A stretch of 19,947 bases of DNA. Origin: a bacterium. GTDB taxonomy: Bacteria > Methylomirabilota > Methylomirabilia > CAVQYV01. Location of the stretch: assembly GCA_043800755.1 (NCBI GenBank), contig JAZDMQ010000003.1, forward strand, positions 1 through 19,947, in the 5' to 3' direction. This document shows positions 8,346-15,446 of this stretch, one piece after another. Made by a program: the position numbers and the translations under genes. The notes beneath the pieces are model-generated. The model was not told the origin of the DNA, did no database searches, and saw only the letters and a list, made by a program, of their open reading frames with translations. Position 1 is the first letter of the stretch, and each line of letters starts with the position of its first letter.

Positions 8346-9029
8346 ATGGGCACAAAGAAGAAGCCTTCCCTCCGGGTCGGCCAGGTCAACATTATAGCGT
8401 GCGAGACCATCGACGATGAGGTTCATAAGGTCAACCGTCGTGGCTTTCCCTGCCATTTCCTCGAACACGGACTCCACCGGACCCCCGATCTCCTTCGGGA
8501 GAGGCTGCAAGAGGCCATTTCGCAGGCAAAGGACGGGGAGGTCATCCTCCTCGGGTATGGTCTATGCTCCAATGGGGTGATCGGCCTTCGCTCCCCGGAT
8601 AAGTGGTTGATCATCCCCCGAGTGGACGACTGCATCAGCCTGCTTCTCGGCTCCCGCAAGGCCTATCTCGAACACTTCTCCGCCGAGCCCGGGACCTATT
8701 ACCTCACCAAGGGCTGGATCGAACACGGGAAAAACCCCTATCAGCAATACCAGGAGAACCTCAAGAAGTATGATCCGGAGACCGCCCTCTGGGTGGCCAA
8801 GGAACTCCTCAAGAATTATACCCGGGTGGCCCTGATCGACACCAGCGCCTACAATCTGAACGGCTACCGCTCCCAAGCCAAGGAGATGGCGGACTTCTTT
8901 GGCCTTCGCTTGGAGGAGGTTGCAGGCACTATCGAGCTGCTGCACAACCTGGTGAGGGGCAAGTGGGGCCGCGATTTCCTGGTGGTGGAGCCAGGCGCTG
9001 AGGTTACCGAGGCCATGTTTCGGTTTTGA
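8346..9029 (+). CDS. DUF1638 family protein (commonly encoded near corrinoid methyltransferase genes)
   Basis: IIACE, GLHRTPDLLRERLQEAI, ILLGYGLCSNG, IIPRVDDCISLLLGS and GTYYLTKGW motifs. The start is placed at ATG 8346; the in-frame extension to 8121 or 8229 looks non-coding, but the SD at 8346 is weak. Confidence 0.82.
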   Translation: MGTKKKPSLRVGQVNIIACETIDDEVHKVNRRGFPCHFLEHGLHRTPDLLRERLQEAISQAKDGEVILLGYGLCSNGVIGLRSPDKWLIIPRVDDCISLLLGSRKAYLEHFSAEPGTYYLTKGWIEHGKNPYQQYQENLKKYDPETALWVAKELLKNYTRVALIDTSAYNLNGYRSQAKEMADFFGLRLEEVAGTIELLHNLVRGKWGRDFLVVEPGAEVTEAMFRF

Positions 9030-9142
9030 TTGCTATCTGCGGAAGGGGATAGGACAGGGGCGAAGAGGGAATCGTGGGTGAGCAAATCGCCCACCCTGCG
9101 GACTTTCGTCTTGGCATTATACATCAGAAAGGAGAGTCGACC

Positions 9143-9784
9143 ATGGTGAATCTGGTAGAGATCTCGGAGGCATTGATCAACGGAAAGGCCCCAGTCGTGG
9201 TGGATCTGGTCAACAAGGCCTTATCTGAGGGGACATCTCCCCAGGAGATCATGAACAAGGCCCTCATCCCCGGAATGGATGTAGTGGGAAAGAAATTCAA
9301 GGCCAACGAATTCTATGTCCCGGAGGTGCTGGTGGCTGCCCGGGCTATGCAGGGTGGCCTGAATATCCTGAAGCCCCTCCTTGCCGAGGCCGGGGTAAAA
9401 CAGATCGGAACGGTGGTCGTCGGCACGGTGAAGGGAGACCTCCACGACATCGGCAAGAACCTGGTCGCTATGATGCTGGAGGGCGCCGGGTTTAAGGTCG
9501 TCGATTTGGGGATCGATGTCCCGCCCGAGAAATTCGTCAGCGCCGCTGTCGATAACAACGCCCAGGTCATTGGGATGTCTGCCCTGCTCACCACCACCAT
9601 GCTGTCCATGAAGAACACCGTGGAGGCCCTTCGGGTGGCCGGCCTCGGTGACAAGATCAAGACCCTGATCGGGGGCGCGCCGGTGACCCAGAAGTATGCG
9701 GACGAGATCGGAGCCACCGGCTACTCCCCGGACGCCGCGAGCGCCGTGGAGAAGGCCAAAGAGGTGATCGGGATCGCAGCTTAG
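9143..9784 (+). CDS. Stand-alone corrinoid (B12-binding) protein, MtbC/MttC/MtvC type
   Basis: N-terminal cap domain (LIPGMDVVGKKF, FYVPEVLVAARAM) plus B12-binding GTVKGDLHDIGKNLV (DxHxxG), MSALLTTT and IGGAPVT; 213 aa; SD AAGGAG before ATG 9143. Confidence 0.95.
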   Translation: MVNLVEISEALINGKAPVVVDLVNKALSEGTSPQEIMNKALIPGMDVVGKKFKANEFYVPEVLVAARAMQGGLNILKPLLAEAGVKQIGTVVVGTVKGDLHDIGKNLVAMMLEGAGFKVVDLGIDVPPEKFVSAAVDNNAQVIGMSALLTTTMLSMKNTVEALRVAGLGDKIKTLIGGAPVTQKYADEIGATGYSPDAASAVEKAKEVIGIAA

Positions 9785-9844
9785 AAATCGCCCTCCAGAA
9801 TGTGCGTGGATCAAAGAGATAAGGAAAGCTGAGAGGAGCCTTTC

Positions 9845-11083
9845 ATGCAACGAGAGAGTGTGCCTTGGGGGTCCTGGTATGGGAATACTCCCTTCGAATT
9901 CACCTTCCCCGACGAATGGAAAGTCATCAAATCCTCCATGGAGGATGGCCCGGATGTCCCGGATGAGCAGATTGAGGAGGCCTTCCGACATCCGATTGGA
10001 ACCAAGCCCCTGGCCGAGCTCGCCCGGGGCCGAAAAAACGCGGCGATCGCGGTGGATGACCTGACCCGCCCCACCCAGACCTACCGCATCCTGCCCATCC
10101 TGCTCCGCCACCTGGAGGCCGCCGGGCTCTCCCGCAAGGAGGTGACCATCGTCATCGCCCTGGGGGCCCACCGCACGATGGACAAGAAGGACATGGTCAA
10201 GAAGCTGGGGGAGGAGATCGTGGAGACCATGGCCATCTACAACCATCATCCCTACGAATACCTCCTCTACCTCGGCCAGTCGAGCCGCGGCACCGACATC
10301 CATGTCAACCGCTTCTTTGGGGAGGCCGACCTCAAGATCGGCCTCAGCTTCATCACCCCCCACCCCCTGGCTGGCTTTGGGGGCGGGGGCAAGATCATCC
10401 TCCCCGGCCTGGGAGGCATCGACACCCTGGAGCAGAATCACCGCCCGGGGGTCAGAGGTGTTAGTGGAGGGATCGGCTTCGTCGATGGCAACGAGGTGCG
10501 AGCAGAGATCGAGGATGTGGCCCGGAAAGTGGGGCTGGAGTTCTCTATCAATGTGGTGGGCAACTCCCTGGCCCAGACCGCGGGTATCTTTGCCGGAGAC
10601 CTGGTTTCCGCCCACCGGGCCGCAGTGCAGCTGGCCACGAAGGTCTATGCCACCCCCGCGCCCCCGTTGCTAGACATCGGGGTCTTCAACGCCTGGCCCA
10701 AGGATTCGGAGTTTCTGCAGGCGGTCAACGCCTTTAATGTCTGGAGGACCGGATATCGAGATCTGGTGCGCAAGGGAGGGGCGGTGATCATCTCCAGCGC
10801 CTGCTCTGAAGGACGCGGGTTCCATGGCCTTATGATGCGGGGGATGCGGCTCTACATAAAGGTCAATGAGAGAGGACATGTGGCGAACATCTTCAAGGAC
10901 CGGAGGGTCTATTTCTTCTCTCCCAATGCCACCCTCCCCGACCTGCGGGACTACTATGCGGAGGAGGTGCAGCTCTTCAAGGATTGGCCCTCCCTGCTCG
11001 CAGAGCTGCAACGGCACTATCCTGCTGGCTCCCAGGTGGGCATCTTTCCCTGCGGCACCTTGCAGTATCTGGTGGACTCGTAG
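9845..11083 (+). CDS. LarA-family nickel-pincer-dependent 2-hydroxy acid racemase/epimerase homolog
   Basis: DDLTRPT, IALGAHR, PHPLAGFGGGGKIILPG (cofactor-tethering Lys position) and NH motifs; 412 aa; SD GAGGAG. Confidence 0.9.
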   Translation: MQRESVPWGSWYGNTPFEFTFPDEWKVIKSSMEDGPDVPDEQIEEAFRHPIGTKPLAELARGRKNAAIAVDDLTRPTQTYRILPILLRHLEAAGLSRKEVTIVIALGAHRTMDKKDMVKKLGEEIVETMAIYNHHPYEYLLYLGQSSRGTDIHVNRFFGEADLKIGLSFITPHPLAGFGGGGKIILPGLGGIDTLEQNHRPGVRGVSGGIGFVDGNEVRAEIEDVARKVGLEFSINVVGNSLAQTAGIFAGDLVSAHRAAVQLATKVYATPAPPLLDIGVFNAWPKDSEFLQAVNAFNVWRTGYRDLVRKGGAVIISSACSEGRGFHGLMMRGMRLYIKVNERGHVANIFKDRRVYFFSPNATLPDLRDYYAEEVQLFKDWPSLLAELQRHYPAGSQVGIFPCGTLQYLVDS

Positions 11084-11109
11084 TCTGAAGCCCTTATGGA
11101 GGATTGAGG

Positions 11110-12237
11110 ATGACCCATCGCGAAAGGGTCGTGACCGCCCTCAAACATAAGCAGCCGGATCGGGTGCCCCTCGATCTGGCCGGCACCTTTGCCAGCACCA
11201 TCACTCTCGAAGGCTACGAGCGGCTCAAGAGATACCTGGGGATCCAGAAAGAAACCATCGTCATGAGCAAGCGCAGTCAGACCGCTCAGCCCCACGAGGA
11301 AGTCCTGCAGCGCTTCGAAATCGATACCCGGGGCATCCAGCCGCGGGGGCCTGCGGGCTGGGTGGACAAGATCTTCCCGGACGGATCCTACCAGGACGAA
11401 TGGGGCGTGATTCGGAGTCGGCCCCCGGAGGGAGGCCATTTCTATGTGAGCGGATCCCCCCTTGCCGGCGATCCCACCCTGGAGGACATCAAGAGGCATC
11501 GTTGGCCCGATCCCTATGACCCGGGATTCGTGGAGGGGATTGCAGAGGAGACCCGCAGGCTCCACCAGGAGACGGATTACGCCGTCATCCTCAATTTCCC
11601 GGTCGGGATCGTCCACCACAGCCAATTCCTGCGAGGGTATGAGGCCTGGCTCACCGACCTCATTTTGAACCCCACCTTCGCCGAGGCCCTCATGGACCGG
11701 GTGCTGGAGGTCTACACCCTCATCGCAGAGCGCATGATCGAGGCGGCGGGCGGCCACATCGATCTCATCTTTTATGGGGACGATGTGGCCTTCCAGAACG
11801 GGCCGATGATGTCCCCAAACCTCTATCGCAAGATGATCAAGCCGCGGCACGGACAACTCTTTGCCCGCCTCAAGGCCAAGGCCAAGGTCCCTCTCCTCTT
11901 CCACTCCTGCGGCTCGGTTTATCCCCTGATGGAGGACCTGATCGAGATTGGGGTGGATTGCCTCAATCCGGTTCAGGTGTCGGCCAAGGATATGGACACC
12001 AAACGCCTCAAGCGGGAATTCGGAGAGCGCATGGGCTTCTGGGGGGCAATTGACACCCACAAGGTCCTGCCCTTCGGCACGCCGGAGGAGGTGAGGACTG
12101 AGGTGAAGAGGAGGATCGAGGACCTGGCCCCGGGCGGCGGCTATGTGCTCAACTCCGTCCACAACCTGCAGCCGGAGGTCCCCCCGGAGAATATCGTCGC
12201 CATGTTCGAGGCGGCGAAGGAGTTCGGGAAATATTAG
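11110..12237 (+). CDS. UroD-fold (MtaA/CmuA-like) corrinoid methyltransferase-family protein
   Basis: MTHRERV...HKQPDRVP, DEWG, GDDVAFQNGPMMSP, FHSCG, GVDCLNPVQ, LPFGTPEEV and HNLQPEVPPENIVAM motifs. It lacks the HemE MRQAGR signature. Confidence 0.88.
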   Translation: MTHRERVVTALKHKQPDRVPLDLAGTFASTITLEGYERLKRYLGIQKETIVMSKRSQTAQPHEEVLQRFEIDTRGIQPRGPAGWVDKIFPDGSYQDEWGVIRSRPPEGGHFYVSGSPLAGDPTLEDIKRHRWPDPYDPGFVEGIAEETRRLHQETDYAVILNFPVGIVHHSQFLRGYEAWLTDLILNPTFAEALMDRVLEVYTLIAERMIEAAGGHIDLIFYGDDVAFQNGPMMSPNLYRKMIKPRHGQLFARLKAKAKVPLLFHSCGSVYPLMEDLIEIGVDCLNPVQVSAKDMDTKRLKREFGERMGFWGAIDTHKVLPFGTPEEVRTEVKRRIEDLAPGGGYVLNSVHNLQPEVPPENIVAMFEAAKEFGKY

Positions 12238-12431
12238 CCCTGGGCCCTTGGTTGAACCGGCCTTGACCCATTGGCGAAACCCATGGTGCCCTCCTCTTGG
12301 CCTATGGCCTCTCTACCCCTCAACCAGGGCCCTTCTCAATTGGGGAGGGCGTTGCCCTTCGGGTCCAAGGCGTCCCCCTACGGGGATCCCTATTTTGCAT
12401 TCGTCAAGGTGGCGCGGATGAGGAGGAAGAG

Positions 12432-13589
12432 TTGAAGATCACGGAGATAAAGACCCATTACCTCCAAGCGAAACTGGACCAGCCTTTTGGTTGGTCCCTA
12501 GACTGGGCCGAGCACCGGTCAGCCCTTCTGGTGCAGATCGACACGGACGAGGGGATCACCGGATGGGGTGAGGCAGGGGCCCCTGGCAGCGGGCCCATCG
12601 CCGCCATCATCTCTCAGATCCTGAAGCCCTTGATCATCGGGCAGGACCCCTTGGACCGGGAGGTCCTGTGGGAGAAGATGTACGCCAAGACGAGAGATTA
12701 TGGCCAAAAGGGACTCCCCGTGGAGGCCATCAGCGGCATCGACATCGCCCTCTGGGACCTGATGGGCAAGGCCCTCAAGCTGCCGGTCCACAAGCTCTTG
12801 GGCGGGCAGATGCGAGGTCGGGTCATGGCCTACGCCACCGGCCTCTATTACAAGAAAACCCCCCACCTCACCCAGGAGCTGGTCCAGGAAGCCTTGGGCT
12901 ATCTGAAGGCGGGGTTTCCCGCGATCAAGATGAAGATTGGGGGGTTGTCCCCGGCTGAGGATCTGGAGAATGTGCGGGCAGTCCGCGAGGCGATCGGACC
13001 CCGGGTCCTGCTCATGGTGGATGCCAACCACGCCTACAATGCGGTGACTGCCATCCAGGTGGGAAGGGAACTGGAGAAATATCAGGTCTTCTGGTTCGAG
13101 GAGCCGGTGATACCGGAGGACCTGCAAGGGTACCTGGAGGTGAAGGAGGCCCTGAATATTCCCATCGCCGGGGGAGAGTGCGAATACACGCGGTTCGGCT
13201 TCCGGGAACTCATCTCCCGCCGGGCAGTAGACATCCTCCAGCCCGACACCTGCAAGGCCGGGGGCCTCTCCGAGGCCAAGAAGATAGCAGCCCTGGCCAG
13301 TGCCTGGGGAATCCCGTATTTCCCCCATGTCTGGGGCACCCCCATCGCGATAGCCGCCGCACTCCATCTCTTGGCCGTCCTACCCGAAACCCCCTCCTGC
13401 CGCAATGCCCTTCCCTTTGTGCAGGTGCCGGCCCTGGAGTTCGATCGAACCCCCCACCCCATCCGCGAAGAATTGGCCGTGGAGCCCATCCTGCCGGAGG
13501 GGGGATGGGTCAAGGTTCCCACCGCGCCGGGCCTGGGGGTGGAGGTACGGGAGGAGATCCTCTCCAAATATCGGGTGGTACTTGATTAA
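12432..13589 (+). CDS. Mandelate racemase/muconate-lactonizing enzyme (enolase superfamily) member resembling D-galactarolactone cycloisomerase Gci
   Basis: GITGWGE, RDYGQKG, SGIDIALWD, AYATG, KMKIG (KxK), DANH, WFEEPV, AGGE, PHVWGT and LEFDRTPHP. By recollection these match the Gci subgroup. The start is placed at TTG 12432 behind GAGGAGG. Confidence 0.85.
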   Translation: MKITEIKTHYLQAKLDQPFGWSLDWAEHRSALLVQIDTDEGITGWGEAGAPGSGPIAAIISQILKPLIIGQDPLDREVLWEKMYAKTRDYGQKGLPVEAISGIDIALWDLMGKALKLPVHKLLGGQMRGRVMAYATGLYYKKTPHLTQELVQEALGYLKAGFPAIKMKIGGLSPAEDLENVRAVREAIGPRVLLMVDANHAYNAVTAIQVGRELEKYQVFWFEEPVIPEDLQGYLEVKEALNIPIAGGECEYTRFGFRELISRRAVDILQPDTCKAGGLSEAKKIAALASAWGIPYFPHVWGTPIAIAAALHLLAVLPETPSCRNALPFVQVPALEFDRTPHPIREELAVEPILPEGGWVKVPTAPGLGVEVREEILSKYRVVLD

Positions 13590-15429
13590 GGTCCACTTCT
13601 ATCCCCTCGATCTCTTATTTGAGGCGGAGCCGGGCATCAATCTGATGCATCTGGCCCAGCGGTACTCCATCCCCATCAATTCCTATTGCGGAGGGAGGGG
13701 GACCTGCGGAAAATGCCGGGTGAGGCTCAAGGGAGAGGCCTCGGCCCTCACTCCTCTGGAACAGAAATCCCTTGCATCCTCTCTGATGAAGCCCGGGGAG
13801 AGGCTCGCCTGTCAGGTGGAGTCCTGGGGGGATCTGGAGGTGGAGATCCTGCAGGTCGAGCCGGGCAAGGTGGAAAAGGCCTTAGCGGGGGGGGCCCTCT
13901 CCTTTGCCGCCGTGGATCCCGGGATCTACAAATGGAACCTCGTTCGGCCAGAAGATCTACGGATACCCTCCTCCTCCACCTGGGAGATCCTGCGAAAGGC
14001 CTTGCAGCAGAGGGGCATCGAGGATCCCCAGGCAGACTGGCACACCCTGCAGCAGTTGGGGGACAAGATCTGGGCCTGGGAGGCCTGGACCGCCGTCCTG
14101 GCCGGATCTCGCCTCTTGGGAATCGAGCCGGGGAATACCACTGGCCAGCTCTATGGGATGGCCTTCGACATCGGAACCACCTCCGTGGTGGGATACCTGC
14201 TGGATCTGGTGGAGGGAAAACAAGTGGCCCTCTCCTCCCAGCTCAACCCCCAGGCCGCCTTCGGCGCCGATGTCATCTCCCGGATCAGCCTGGCCAGCAC
14301 CGATCCCTCCGGCCTCCAGCTCCTCCAGGGAAAGATCCTTCAGGCCCTCAACGCCCTCATTGGGAAGGCCGCTGCGGCGGCGCGCATCCCCCAAGATCGC
14401 ATCTATGCCCTCTCGGTGGTGGGGAACACTACCATGCACCATCTCCTCCTCGGTCTGGACCCCTCCGGCATGGGGCACCTCCCCTACAACCCGGTCATGG
14501 CAGACCCCCTGGAGGTGCGGGCCCTGGACCTGGGCCTCGAGATCTACCCACGGGCGCCTGTCTTTTTGCTCCCCAACATCGCGGGGTATGTGGGTTCGGA
14601 TATCGTCGGCGGCCTCCTCTCCACCGGACTCCATGAGCGGGAAGGGATTGCCCTGGAAATCGATATCGGCACCAATGGGGAGATCGCCTTGGGGTCCCGC
14701 CAGCAGATCCTGGTCTCTTCGGCGGCCGCCGGTCCTGCCTTCGAGGGAGCCCAGATCAGCTGCGGCATGAGAGCCGAGCCCGGGGCCGTCAGTCAGGTCT
14801 ATGCAGGGGAGGGGGATATCCGCTGGAGGGTGGTGGGAGAGGTCCCCCCCCAGGGTCTCTGCGGATCTGGCCTGGTCGATCTCGTGGCCCTCCTCCTCCG
14901 CCTGGGCCTCATCGATCCCGGGGGGAGATTCCGGTCGCCAGACTCCCTGGCGGCTTCTGTCCCCTCCAAGATCCGGAGCCGGCTGCGCCGGACGGACGGG
15001 GAGTGGAGATTCTTTCTGACCGAGGGTGACGATAGCTCGCCGGCGATCAGCCTGGCACAACGGGATGTCCGGGAGCTGCAACTGGCCAAGGGAGCAATCC
15101 GGGCCGGGATCAATATCCTAATGGATGAGCTTCATATCGGCCCTTCCCAGGTGGAGACGATCTTCCTGGCCGGGGCCTTCGGCAATTACATCGACCCGGC
15201 CAATGCTCAGGCCATCGGCCTGCTTCCGCCCTATCCTTTGGAGAAGATCCGCCCAGTGGGAAATGCCGCGGGGGAGGGGGCCAAAATGGCCTTGCTCTCC
15301 AGGGTGGCAAGGGAGGAGGCCTCCCGGATCGCCCGCAGGGCGAGATTCATCGAGTTGGCCTCCCGCTCTGACTTTCAGGACAAGTTCGTGGAGGCGCTGG
15401 CCTTCCCCGTGCCAGAAGGCCAAGCCTGA
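13582..15429 (+). CDS. ATP-dependent reductive activator of corrinoid proteins (RACE/RACo, DUF4445; [2Fe-2S] + ASKHA ATPase)
   Basis: N-terminal [2Fe-2S] motif CGGRGTCGKC...RLACQ; ASKHA motifs FDIGTTSV and IDIGTNGE; FGADVISRI, AGPAFEG, GLCGSG, QLAKGAI, AGAFG and GNAA. TTG 13582 overlaps the upstream stop (translational coupling). Confidence 0.92.
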   Translation: MIKVHFYPLDLLFEAEPGINLMHLAQRYSIPINSYCGGRGTCGKCRVRLKGEASALTPLEQKSLASSLMKPGERLACQVESWGDLEVEILQVEPGKVEKALAGGALSFAAVDPGIYKWNLVRPEDLRIPSSSTWEILRKALQQRGIEDPQADWHTLQQLGDKIWAWEAWTAVLAGSRLLGIEPGNTTGQLYGMAFDIGTTSVVGYLLDLVEGKQVALSSQLNPQAAFGADVISRISLASTDPSGLQLLQGKILQALNALIGKAAAAARIPQDRIYALSVVGNTTMHHLLLGLDPSGMGHLPYNPVMADPLEVRALDLGLEIYPRAPVFLLPNIAGYVGSDIVGGLLSTGLHEREGIALEIDIGTNGEIALGSRQQILVSSAAAGPAFEGAQISCGMRAEPGAVSQVYAGEGDIRWRVVGEVPPQGLCGSGLVDLVALLLRLGLIDPGGRFRSPDSLAASVPSKIRSRLRRTDGEWRFFLTEGDDSSPAISLAQRDVRELQLAKGAIRAGINILMDELHIGPSQVETIFLAGAFGNYIDPANAQAIGLLPPYPLEKIRPVGNAAGEGAKMALLSRVAREEASRIARRARFIELASRSDFQDKFVEALAFPVPEGQA

Positions 15430-15446
15430 CTTCCTGGTCTGCCCCA

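Noticed and set aside
9221..10615. Long antisense ORF (464 aa) and similar ones (5477-6448 +, 11017-12162 -, 12519-13367 -, 13957-15081 -, 17803-18720 -)
   Set aside because: They lie opposite well-supported genes, show no recognisable motifs, and are expected shadows of GC-rich codon usage.
11110..12237. Calling the UroD-fold gene hemE because heme genes are nearby
   Set aside because: It lacks the HemE MRQAGR motif, carries the HSCG motif, and sits with corrinoid genes. The Ahb pathway indicated by ahbC does not need HemE.
9143..12237. Pyrrolysine read-through at the TAG stops of the corrinoid, LarA and UroD-like genes
   Set aside because: Each protein is already full length for its family at the TAG, and no MttB/MtbB/MtmB-type gene or pyl gene is visible.
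12238..12431. 6S RNA or SRP RNA in the 194-nt spacer
   Set aside because: The length is suggestive, but the two ends do not pair into a full rod and the SRP loop motif is absent.
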